From contig OZ059895.1 of assembly GCA_964057225.1 (NCBI GenBank), forward strand, positions 20,274,001 to 20,338,000: a stretch of 64,000 nt of DNA, written 5' to 3'. The stretch is from Auanema rhodensis. Taxonomy: Eukaryota; Animalia; Nematoda. The notes beneath the pieces are model-generated. The model saw nothing but the letters and a program-made list of their open reading frames with translations, did no database searches and was not told the origin of the DNA. A program made the position numbers and the translations under genes. Shown piece by piece: positions 27,501-40,690 of the stretch (the stretch's first letter is position 1; each line of letters opens with the position of its first letter).

Positions 27501-30500
27501 TCATAACTAATTTTTGTATTGAGCGTTTCTCAATGTAGAAAAGTGCATTCGATGCGGATTTTTAAGCTGCGTCGGTCTGTGTTATCAGATTTGCGCTAGC
27601 TTAAAAATGCACCGAGATATCAACTGATATATGTTCACACTTATATCCTCGATTTTCACCCTGAAGAATTAATTTTTTCGTTGAATAACAATGTCCATCG
27701 TCTTTGCCTTGAAAAAAGGAATCTAAAAACATCTACTTTTTGCTAAATTATTCTGAAATTTTTCGAAAAAATTTTTGTCAAAATGTTTTTGGAAGCAATG
27801 TTGAGTGTACATGGAAACTCAACATACACTAATGCATCATTTTTCAAACGATCATAACTAATTTTTGTATTGAGCGTTTCTCAATGTAGAATAGTGCATT
27901 CGATGCGGATTTTCAAGCTGCGTCGGTCTGTGTTATCAGATTTGCGCTAGCTTAAAAATGCACCGAGATATCAACTGATATATGTTCACACTTATATCCT
28001 CGATTTTCACCCTGAAGAATTAATTTTTTCGTTGAATAACAATGTCCATCGTCTTTGCCTTGAAAAAAGGAATCTAAAAACATCTACTTTTTGCTAAATT
28101 ATTCTGAAATTTTTCGAAAAAATTTTTGTCAAAATGTTTTTGGAAGCAATGTTGAGTGTACATGGAAACTCAACATACACTAATGCATCATTTTTCAAAC
28201 GATCATAACTAATTTTTGTATTGAGCGTTTCTCAATGTAGAATAGTGCATTCGATGCGGATTTTTAAGCTGCGTCGGTCTGTGTTATCAGATTTGCGCTA
28301 GCTTAAAAATGCACCGAGATATCAACTGATATATGTTCACACTTATATCCTCGATTTTCACCCTGAAGAATTAATTTTTTCGTTGAATAACAATGTCCAT
28401 CGTCTTCGCCTTGAAAAAAGGAATCTGAGAACATCTACTTTTTGCTAAATTATTTTGAAATTTTTCGAAAAAATTTTTGTCAAAATGTTTTTGGAAGCAA
28501 TGTTGAGTGTACATGGAAACTCAACATACACTAATGCATCATTTTTCAAACGATCATAACTAATTTTTGTATTGAACGTTTCTCAATGTAGAAAAGTGCA
28601 TTCGATGCGGATTTTTAAGCTGCGTCGGTCTGTGTTATCAGATTTGCGCTAGCTTAAAAATGCACCGAGATATCAACTGATATATGTTCACACTTATATC
28701 CTCGATTTTCACCCTGAAGAATTAATTTTTTCGTTGAATAACAATGTCCATCGTCTTTGCCTTGAAAAAAGGAATCTAAAAACATCTACTTTTTGCTAAA
28801 TTATTCTGAAATTTTTCGAAAAAATTTTTGTCAAAATGTTTTTGGAAGCAATGTTGAGTGTACATGGAAACTCAACATACACTAATGCATCATTTTTCAA
28901 ACGATCATAACTAATTTTTGTATTGAGCGTTTCTCAATGTAGAATAGTGCATTCGATGCGGATTTTCAAGCTGCGTCGGTCTGTGTTATCAGATTTGCGC
29001 TAGCTTAAAAATGCACCGAGATATCAACTGATATATGTTCACACTTATATCCTCGATTTTCACCCTGAAGAATTAATTTTTTCGTTGAATAACAATGTCC
29101 ATCGTCTTTGCCTCGAAAAAAGGAATCTAAAAACATCTACTTTTTGCTAAATTATTCTGAAATTTTTCGAAAAAATTTTTGTCAAAATGTTTTTGGAAGC
29201 AATGTTGAGTGTACATGGAAACTCAACATACACTAATGCATCATTTTTCAAACGATCATAACTAATTTTTGTATTGAGCGTTTCTCAATGTAGAATAGTG
29301 CATTCGATGCGGATTTTTAAGCTGCGTCGGTCTGTGTTATCAGATTTGCGCTAGCTTAAAAATGCACCGAGATATCAACTGATATATGTTCACACTTATA
29401 TCCTCGATTTTCACCCTGAAGAATTAATTTTTTCGTTGAATAACAATGTCCATCGTCTTCGCCTTGAAAAAAGGAATCTAAAAACATCTTCTTTTTGCTA
29501 AATTATTCTGAAATTTTTCGAAAAAATTTTTGTCAAAATGTTTTTGGAAGCAATGTTGAGTGTACATGGAAACTCAACATACACTAATGCATCATTTTTC
29601 AAACGATCATAACTAATTTTTGTATTGAACGTTTCTCAATGTAGAAAAGTGCATTCGATGCGGATTTTTAAGCTGCGTCGATCTGTGTTATCAGATTTGC
29701 GCAGGATTAAAAATGCACCGAGATATCAACTGATATATGTTCACACTTATATTCTCGATTTTCACCCTGAAGATGTAATTTTTTCGTTGAATAACATCGT
29801 CCATCGTCTTTGCCTTGAAAAAAGGAATCTAAAAACATCTACTTTTTGCTAAATTATTTTGAAATTTTTCGAAAAAATTTTTGTCAAAATGTTTTTGGAA
29901 GCAATGTTGATTGTACATGGAAACTCAACATACACTAATGCATCATTTTTCAAACGATCATAACTAATTTTTGTATTGAGCGTTTCTCAATGTAGAAAAG
30001 TGCATTCGATGCGGATTTTTAAGCTGCGTCGGTCTGTGTTATCAGATTTGCGCTAGCTTAAAAATGCACCGAGATATCAACTGATATAAGTTCACACTTA
30101 TATCCTCGATTTTCACCCTGAAGAATTAATTTTTTCGTTGAATAACAATGTCCATCGTCTTCGCCTTGAAAAAAGGAATCTAAGAACATCTACTTTTTGC
30201 TAAATTATTTTGAAATTTTTCGAAAAAATTTTTGTCAAAATGTTTTTGGAAGCAATGTTGAGTGTACATGGAAACTCAACATACACTAATGCATCATTTT
30301 TCAAACGATCATAACTAATTTTTGTATTAAGCGTTTCTCAATGTAGTATAGTGCATTCGATGCGGATTTTTAAGCTGCGTCGATCTGTGTTATCAGATTT
30401 GCGCTAGCTTAAAAATGCACCGAGATATCAACTGATTTAAGTTCACACTTATATCCTCGATTTTCACCCTGAAGAATTAATTTTTTCGTTGAATAACATC

Positions 30501-31239
30501 GTCCATCGTCTTTGCTTTGAAAAAAGGAATCTAAAAACATCTACTTTTTGCTAAATTATTCTGAAATTTTTCGAAAAAATTTTTGTCAAAATGTTTTTGG
30601 AAGCAATGTTGAGTGTACATGGAAACTCAACATACACTAATGCATCATTTTTCAAACGATCATAACTAATTTTTGTATTGAGCGTTTCTCAATGTAGAAT
30701 AGTGCATTCGATGCGGATTTTTAAGCTGCGTCGGTCTGTGTTATCAGATTTGCGCTAGCTTAAAAATGCACCGAGATATCAACTGATATATGTTCACACT
30801 TATATCCTCGATTTTCACCCTGAAGAATTAATTTTTTCGTTGAATAACAATGTCCATCGTCTTTGCCTTGAAAAAAGGAATCTAAAAACATCTACTTTTT
30901 GCTATATTATTTTGAAATTTTTCGAAAAAATTTTTGTCAAAATGTTTTTGGAAGCAATGTTGAGTGTACATGGAAACTCAACATACACTAATGCATCATT
31001 TTTCAAACGATCATAACTAATTTTTGTATTGAGCGTTTCTCAATGTAGTATAGTGCATTCGATGCGGATTTTTAAGCTGCGTCGATCTGTGTTATCAGAT
31101 TTGCGCAGGATTAAAAATGCACCGAGATATCAACTGATATAAGTTCACACTTATATCCTCGATTTTCACCCTGAAGAATTAATTTTTTCGTTGAATAACA
31201 TCGTCCATCGTCTTTGCCTTGAAAAAAGGAATCTAAAAA

Positions 31240-31414
31240 CATCTACTTTTTGCTAAATTATTTTGAAATTTTTCGAAAAAATTTTTGTCAAAATGTCCGA
31301 GATATCAACTGATATATGTTCACACTTATATCCTCGATTTTCACCCTGAAGAATTAATTTTTTCGTTGAATAACAATGTCCATCGTCTTCGCCTTGAAAA
31401 AAGGAATCTAAAAA
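31240..31414. repeat. Truncated 175-bp monomer with a 176-bp internal deletion (monomer pos 58-233 missing)
   Basis: Junction GTCAAAATGT|CCGAGATATC at 31296/31297. The next CATCTAC is at 31415. Confidence 0.97.
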
Positions 31415-34400
31415 CATCTACTTTTTGCTATATTATTTTGAAATTTTTCGAAAAAATTTTTGTCAAAATGTTTTTGGAAGCAATGTTGAGTGTACATGGA
31501 AACTCAACATACACTAATGCATCATTTTTCAAACGATCATAACTAATTTTTGTATTGAGCGTTTCTCAATGTAGAAAAGTGCATTCGATGCGGATTTTTA
31601 AGCTGCGTCGGTCTGTGTTATCAGATTTGCGCTAGCTTAAAAATGCACCGAGATATCAACTGATATATGTTCACACTTATATCCTCGATTTTCACCCTGA
31701 AGAATTAATTTTTTCGTTGAATAACAATGTCCATCGTCTTTGCCTTGAAAAAAGGAATCTAAAAACATCTACTTTTTGCTAAATTATTCTGAAATTTTTC
31801 GAAAAAATTTTTGTCAAAATGTTTTTGGAAGCAATGTTGAGTGTACATGGAAACTCAACATACACTAATGCATCATTTTTCAAACGATCATAACTAATTT
31901 TTGTATTGAGCGTTTCTCAATGTAGAATAGTGCATTCGATGCGGATTTTTAAGCTGCGTCGGTCTGTGTTATCAGATTTGCGCTAGCTTAAAAATGCACC
32001 GAGATATCAACTGATATATGTTCACACTTATATCCTCGATTTTCACCCTGAAGAATTAATTTTTTCGTTGAATAACAATGTCCATCGTCTTTGCCTTGAA
32101 AAAAGGAATCTAAAAACATCTACTTTTTGCTAAATTATTCTGAAATTTTTCGAAAAAATTTTTGTCAAAATGTTTTTGGAAGCAATGTTGAGTGTACATG
32201 GAAACTCAACATACACTAATGCATCATTTTTCAAACGATCATAACTAATTTTTGTATTGAGCGTTTCTCAATGTAGAATAGTGCATTCGATGCGGATTTT
32301 TAAGCTGCGTCGGTCTGTGTTATCAGATTTGCGCTAGCTTAAAAATGCACCGAGATATCAACTGATATATGTTCACACTTATATCCTCGTTTTTCACCCT
32401 GAAGAATTAATTTTTTCGTTGAATAACAATGTCCATCGTCTTTGCCTTGAAAAAAGGAATCTAAAAACATCTACTTTTTGCTAAATTATTCTGAAATTTT
32501 TCGAAAAAATTTTTGTCAAAATGTTTTTGGAAGCAATGTTGAGTGTACATGGAAACTCAACATACACTAATGCATCATTTTTCAAACGATCATAACTAAT
32601 TTTTGTATTGAGCGTTTCTCAATGTAGAATAGTGCATTCGATGCGGATTTTTAAGCTGCGTCGGTCTGTGTTATCAGATTTGCGCTAGCTTAAAAATGCA
32701 CCGAGATATCAACTGATATATGTTCACACTTATATCCTCGTTTTTCACCCTGAAGAATTAATTTTTTCGTTGAATAACAATGTCCATCGTCTTTGCCTTG
32801 AAAAAAGGAATCTAAAAACATCTACTTTTTGCTAAATTATTCTGAAATTTTTCGAAAAAATTTTTGTCAAAATGTTTTTGGAAGCAATGTTGAGTGTACA
32901 TGGAAACTCAACATACACTAATGCATCATTTTTCAAACGATCATAACTAATTTTTGTATTAAGCGTTTCTCAATGTAGTATAGTGCATTCGATGCGGATT
33001 TTTAAGCTGCGTCGATCTGTGTTATCAGATTTGCGCTAGCTTAAAAATGCACCGAGATATCAACTGATTTAAGTTCACACTTATATCCTCGATTTTCACC
33101 CTGAAGAATTAATTTTTTCGTTGAATAACATCGTCCATCGTCTTTGCTTTGAAAAAAGGAATCTAAAAACATCTACTTTTTGCTAAATTATTCTGAAATT
33201 TTTCGAAAAAATTTTTGTCAAAATGTTTTTGGAAGCAATGTTGAGTGTACATGGAAACTCAACATACACTAATGCATCATTTTTCAAACGATCATAACTA
33301 ATTTTTGTATTGAGCGTTTCTCAATGTAGAATAGTGCATTCGATGCGGATTTTTAAGCTGCGTCGGTCTGTGTTATCAGATTTGCGCTAGCTTAAAAATG
33401 CACCGAGATATCAACTGATATATGTTCACACTTATATCCTCGATTTTCACCCTGAAGAATTAATTTTTTCGTTGAATAACAATGTCCATCGTCTTCGCCT
33501 TGAAAAAAGGAATCTAAAAACATCTTCTTTTTGCTAAATTATTTTGAAATTTTTCGAAAAAATTTTTGTCAAAATGTTTTTGGAAGCAATGTTGAGTGTA
33601 CATGGAAACTCAACATACACTAATGCATCATTTTTCAAACGATCATAACTAATTTTTGTATTGAGCGTTTCTCAATGTAGAATAGTGCATTCGATGCGGA
33701 TTTTTAAGCTGCGTCGGTCTGTGTTATCAGATTTGCGCTAGCTTAAAAATGCACCGAGATATCAACTGATATATGTTCACACTTATATCCTCGATTTTCA
33801 CCCTGAAGAATTAATTTTTTCGTTGAATAACAATGTCCATCGTCTTCGCCTTGAAAAAAGGAATCTAAAAACATCTTCTTTTTGCTAAATTATTTTGAAA
33901 TTTTTCGAAAAAATTTTTGTCAAAATGTTTTTGGAAGCAATGTTGAGTGTACATGGAAACTCAACATACACTAATGCATCATTTTTCAAACGATCATAAC
34001 TAATTTTTGTATTAAGCGTTTCTCAATGTAGTATAGTGCATTCGATGCGGATTTTTAAGCTGCGTCGATCTGTGTTATCAGATTTGCGCTAGCTTAAAAA
34101 TGCACCGAGATATCAACTGATATAAGTTCACACTTATATCCTCGATTTTCACCCTGAAGAATTAATTTTTTCGTTGAATAACAATGTCCATCGTCTTTGC
34201 CTTGAAAAAAGGAATCTAAAAACATCTACTTTTTGCTAAATTATTTTGAAATTTTTCGAAAAAATTTTTGTCAAAATGTTTTTGGAAGCAATGTTGAGTG
34301 TACATGGAAACTCAACATACACTAATGCATCATTTTTCAAACGATCATAACTAATTTTTGTATTAAGCGTTTCTCAATGTAGTATAGTGCATTCGATGCG

Positions 34401-34944
34401 GATTTTTAAGCTGCGTCGATCTGTGTTATCAGATTTGCGCTAGCTTAAAAATGCACCGAGATATCAACTGATTTAAGTTCACACTTATATCCTCGATTTT
34501 CACCCTGAAGAATTAATTTTTTCGTTGAATAACATCGTCCATCGTCTTTGCTTTGAAAAAAGGAATCTAAAAACATCTACTTTTTGCTAAATTATTCTGA
34601 AATTTTTCGAAAAAATTTTTGTCAAAATGTTTTTGGAAGCAATGTTGAGTGTACATGGAAACTCAACATACACTAATGCATCATTTTTCAAACGATCATA
34701 ACTAATTTTTGTATTGAGCGTTTCTCAATGTAGAATAGTGCATTCGATGCGGATTTTTAAGCTGCGTCGGTCTGTGTTATCAGATTTGCGCTAGCTTAAA
34801 AATGCACCGAGATATCAACTGATATATGTTCACACTTATATCCTCGATTTTCACCCTGAAGAATTAATTTTTTCGTTGAATAACAATGTCCATCGTCTTC
34901 GCCTTGAAAAAAGGAATCTAAAAACATCTACTTTTTGATATATT

Positions 34945-37900
34945 ATTTTGAAATTTTTCGAAAAAATTTTTGTCAAAATGTTTTTGGAAGCAATGTTGAG
35001 TGTACATGGAAACTCAACATACACTAATGCATCATTTTTCAAACGATCATAACTAATTTTTGTATTGAGCGTTTCTCAATGTAGAATAGTGCATTCGATG
35101 CGGATTTTTAAGCTGCGTCGGTCTGTGTTATCAGATTTGCGCTAGCTTAAAAATGCACCGAGATATCAACTGATATATGTTCACACTTATATCCTCGATT
35201 TTCACCCTGAAGAATTAATTTTTTCGTTGAATAACAATGTCCATCGTCTTTGCCTTGAAAAAAGGAATCTAAAAACATCTACTTTTTGCTAAATTATTCT
35301 GAAATTTTTCGAAAAAATTTTTGTCAAAATGTTTTTGGAAGCAATGTTGAGTGTACATGGAAACTCAACATACACTAATGCATCATTTTTCAAACGATCA
35401 TAACTAATTTTTGTATTGAGCGTTTCTCAATGTAGAATAGTGCATTCGATGCGGATTTTTAAGCTGCGTCGGTCTGTGTTATCAGATTTGCGCTAGCTTA
35501 AAAATGCACCGAGATATCAACTGATATATGTTCACACTTATATCCTCGATTTTCACCCTGAAGAATTAATTTTTTCGTTGAATAACAATGTCCATCGTCT
35601 TTGCCTTGAAAAAAGGAATCTAAAAACATCTACTTTTTGCTAAATTATTCTGAAATTTTTCGAAAAAATTTTTGTCAAAATGTTTTTGGAAGCAATGTTG
35701 AGTGTACATGGAAACTCAACATACACTAATGCATCATTTTTCAAACGATCATAACTAATTTTTGTATTGAGCGTTTCTCAATGTAGAATAGTGCATTCGA
35801 TGCGGATTTTTAAGCTGCGTCGGTCTGTGTTATCAGATTTGCGCTAGCTTAAAAATGCACCGAGATATCAACTGATATATGTTCACACTTATATCCTCGA
35901 TTTTCACCCTGAAGAATTAATTTTTTCGTTGAATAACAATGTCCATCGTCTTTGCCTTGAAAAAAGGAATCTAAAAACATCTACTTTTTGCTAAATTATT
36001 CTGAAATTTTTCGAAAAAATTTTTGTCAAAATGTTTTTGGAAGCAATGTTGAGTGTACATGGAAACTCAACATACACTAATGCATCATTTTTCAAACGAT
36101 CATAACTAATTTTTGTATTAAGCGTTTCTCAATGTAGTATAGTGCATTCGATGCGGATATTTAAGCTGCATCGATCTGTGTTATCAGATTTGCGCTAGCT
36201 TAAAAATGCACCGAGATATCAACTGATATAAGTTCACACTTATATCCTCGATATTCACCCTGAAGAATTAATTTTTTCGTTGAATAACATCGTCCATCGT
36301 CTTTGCCTTAAAAAAAGGAATCTGAGAACATCTACTTTTTGCTAAATTATTTTGAAATTTTTCGAAAAAATTTTTGTCAAAATGTTTTTGGAAGCAATGT
36401 TGAGTGTACATGGAAACTCAACATACACTAATGCATCATTTTTCAAACGATCATAACTAATTTTTGTATTGAGCGTTTCTCAATGTCGAATAGTGCATTC
36501 GATGCGGATATTTAAGCTGCATCGATCTGTGTTATCAGATTTGCGCTAGCTTAAAAATGCACCGAGATATCAACTGATATAAGTTCACACTTATATCCTC
36601 GATTTTCACCCTGAAGAATTAATTTTTTCGTTGAATAACAATGTCCATCGTCTTTGCCTTAAAAAAAGGTATCTAAAAACATCTACTTTCTGCTAAATTA
36701 TTTTGAAATTTTTCGAAAAAATTTTTGTCAAAATGTTTTTGGAAGCAATGTTGAGTGTACATGGAAACTCAACATACACTAATGCATCATTTTTCAAACG
36801 ATCATAACTAATTTTTGTATTAAGCGTTTCTCAATGTAGTATAGTGCATTCGATGCGGATTTTTAAGCTGCGTCGATCTGTTTTATCAGATTTGCGCTAG
36901 CTTAAAAATGCACCGAGATATCAACTGATATAAGTTCACACTTATATCCTCGATTTTCACCCTGAAGAATTAATTTTTTCGTTGAATAACAATGTCCATC
37001 GTCTTCGCCTTGAAAAAAGGAATCTAAAAACATCTACTTTTTACTAAATTATTTTGAAATTTTTCGAAAAAATTTTTGTCAAAATGTTTTTGGAAGCAAT
37101 GTTGAGTGTACATGGAAACTCAACATACACTAATGCATCATTTTTCAAACGATCATAACTAATTTTTGTATTGAGCGTTTCTCAATGTAGAATAGTGCAT
37201 TCGATGCGGATTTTTAAGCTGCGTCGGTCTGTGTTATCAGATTTGCGCTAGCTTAAAAATGCACCGAGATATCAACTGATATATGTTCACACTTACATCC
37301 TCGATTTTCACCCTGAAGAATTAATTTTTTCGTTGAATAACATTGTCCATCGTCTTTGCCTTGAAAGAAAGAATCTGAAAACATCTACTTTTTGCTAAAT
37401 TATTTTGAAATTTTTCGAAAAAATTTTTGTCAAAATGTTTTTGGAAGCAATGTTGAGTGTACATGGAAACTCAACATACACTAATGCATCATTTTTCAAA
37501 CGATCATAACTAATTTTTGTATTAAGCGTTTCTCAATGTAGTATAGTGCATTCGATGCGGATATTTAAGCTGCATCGATCTGTGTTATCAGATTTGCGCT
37601 AGCTTAAAAATGCACCGAGATATCAACTGATATAAGTTCACACTTATATCCTCGATTTTCACCCTGAAGAATTAATTTTTTCGTTGAATAACAATGTCCA
37701 TCGTCTTCGCCTTGAAAAAAGGAATCTAAAAACATCTACTTTTTACTAAATTATTTTGAAATTTTTCGAAAAAATTTTTGTCAAAATGTTTTTGGAAGCA
37801 ATGTTGAGTGTACATGGAAACTCAACATACACTAATGCATCATTTTTCAAACGATCATAACTAATTTTTGTATTGAGCGTTTCTCAATGTAGAATAGTGC

Positions 37901-40690
37901 ATTCGATGCGGATTTTTAAGCTGCGTCGGTCTGTGTTATCAGATTTGCGCTAGCTTAAAAATGCACCGAGATATCAACTGATATATGTTCACACTTATAT
38001 CCTCGATTTTCACCCTGAAGAATTAATTTTTTCGTTGAATAACAATGTCCATCGTCTTTGCCTTGAAAAAAGGAATCTAAAAACATCTACTTTTTGCTAA
38101 ATTATTCTGAAATTTTTCGAAAAAATTTTTGTCAAAATGTTTTTGGAAGCAATGTTGAGTGTACATGGAAACTCAACATACACTAATGCATCATTTTTCA
38201 AACGATCATAACTAATTTTTGTATTGAGCGTTTCTCAATGTAGAATAGTGCATTCGATGCGGATTTTTAAGCTGCGTCGGTCTGTGTTATCAGATTTGCG
38301 CTAGCTTAAAAATGCACCGAGATATCAACTGATATATGTTCACACTTATATCCTCGATTTTCACCCTGAAGAATTAATTTTTTCGTTGAATAACAATGTC
38401 CATCGTCTTTGCCTTGAAAAAAGGAATCTAAAAACATCTACTTTTTGCTAAATTATTCTGAAATTTTTCGAAAAAATTTTTGTCAAAATGTTTTTGGAAG
38501 CAATGTTGAGTGTACATGGAAACTCAACATACACTAATGCATCATTTTTCAAACGATCATAACTAATTTTTGTATTGAGCGTTTCTCAATGTAGAATAGT
38601 GCATTCGATGCGGATTTTTAAGCTGCGTCGGTCTGTGTTATCAGATTTGCGCTAGCTTAAAAATGCACCGAGATATCAACTGATATATGTTCACACTTAT
38701 ATCCTCGATTTTCACCCTGAAGAATTAATTTTTTCGTTGAATAACAATGTCCATCGTCTTTGCCTTGAAAAAAGGAATCTAAAAACATCTACTTTTTGCT
38801 AAATTATTCTGAAATTTTTCGAAAAAATTTTTGTCAAAATGTTTTTGGAAGCAATGTTGAGTGTACATGGAAACTCAACATACACTAATGCATCATTTTT
38901 CAAACGATCATAACTAATTTTTGTATTAAGCGTTTCTCAATGTAGTATAGTGCATTCGATGCGGATATTTAAGCTGCATCGATCTGTGTTATCAGATTTG
39001 CGCTAGCTTAAAAATGCACCGAGATATCAACTGATATAAGTTCACACTTATATCCTCGATATTCACCCTGAAGAATTAATTTTTTCGTTGAATAACATCG
39101 TCCATCGTCTTTGCCTTAAAAAAAGGAATCTGAGAACATCTACTTTTTGCTAAATTATTTTGAAATTTTTCGAAAAAATTTTTGTCAAAATGTTTTTGGA
39201 AGCAATGTTGAGTGTACATGGAAACTCAACATACACTAATGCATCATTTTTCAAACGATCATAACTAATTTTTGTATTGAGCGTTTCTCAATGTCGAATA
39301 GTGCATTCGATGCGGATATTTAAGCTGCATCGATCTGTGTTATCAGATTTGCGCTAGCTTAAAAATGCACCGAGATATCAACTGATATAAGTTCACACTT
39401 ATATCCTCGATTTTCACCCTGAAGAATTAATTTTTTCGTTGAATAACAATGTCCATCGTCTTTGCCTTAAAAAAAGGTATCTAAAAACATCTACTTTCTG
39501 CTAAATTATTTTGAAATTTTTCGAAAAAATTTTTGTCAAAATGTTTTTGGAAGCAATGTTGAGTGTACATGGAAACTCAACATACACTAATGCATCATTT
39601 TTCAAACGATCATAACTAATTTTTGTATTAAGCGTTTCTCAATGTAGTATAGTGCATTCGATGCGGATTTTTAAGCTGCGTCGATCTGTTTTATCAGATT
39701 TGCGCTAGCTTAAAAATGCACCGAGATATCAACTGATATAAGTTCACACTTATATCCTCGATTTTCACCCTGAAGAATTAATTTTTTCGTTGAATAACAA
39801 TGTCCATCGTCTTCGCCTTGAAAAAAGGAATCTAAAAACATCTACTTTTTACTAAATTATTTTGAAATTTTTCGAAAAAATTTTTGTCAAAATGTTTTTG
39901 GAAGCAATGTTGAGTGTACATGGAAACTCAACATACACTAATGCATCATTTTTCAAACGATCATAACTAATTTTTGTATTGAGCGTTTCTCAATGTAGAA
40001 TAGTGCATTCGATGCGGATTTTTAAGCTGCGTCGGTCTGTGTTATCAGATTTGCGCTAGCTTAAAAATGCACCGAGATATCAACTGATATATGTTCACAC
40101 TTACATCCTCGATTTTCACCCTGAAGAATTAATTTTTTCGTTGAATAACATTGTCCATCGTCTTTGCCTTGAAAGAAAGAATCTGAAAACATCTACTTTT
40201 TGCTAAATTATTTTGAAATATTTCGAAAAAATTTTTGTCAAAATGTTTTTGGAAGCAATGTTGAGTGTACATGGAAACTCAACATACACTAATGCATCAT
40301 TTTTCAAACGATCATAACTAATTTTTGTATTAAGCGTTTCTCAATGTAGTATAGTGCATTCGATGCGGATATTTAAGCTGCATCGATCTGTGTTATCAGA
40401 TTTGCGCTAGCTTAAAAATGCACCGAGATATCAACTGATATAAGTTCACACTTATATCCTCGATTTTCACCCTGAAGAATTAATTTTTTCGTTGAATAAC
40501 AATGTCCATCGTCTTCGCCTTGAAAAAAGGAATCTAAAAACATCTACTTTTTACTAAATTATTTTGAAATTTTTCGAAAAAATTTTTGTCAAAATGTTTT
40601 TGGAAGCAATGTTGAGTGTACATGGAAACTCAACATACACTAATGCATCATTTTTCAAACGATCATAACTAATTTTTGTATTGAGCGTTT
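34945..40690. repeat. 8-monomer (2808 bp) tandem higher-order duplication
   Basis: The private CTCGATATTC variant occurs at 36253 and 39061, and the flanking variant order is repeated. Confidence 0.88.

Noticed and set aside
29625-29852. 75-aa ORF (+)
   Set aside because: It starts at TTG inside a monomer and is open only because this unit's variants remove stops. There is no recognisable domain, and the same frame is closed in other copies.
31285-31542. 85-aa ORF (+)
   Set aside because: It is created by the 176-bp deletion junction plus a TAA>TAT variant and has no coding signature.
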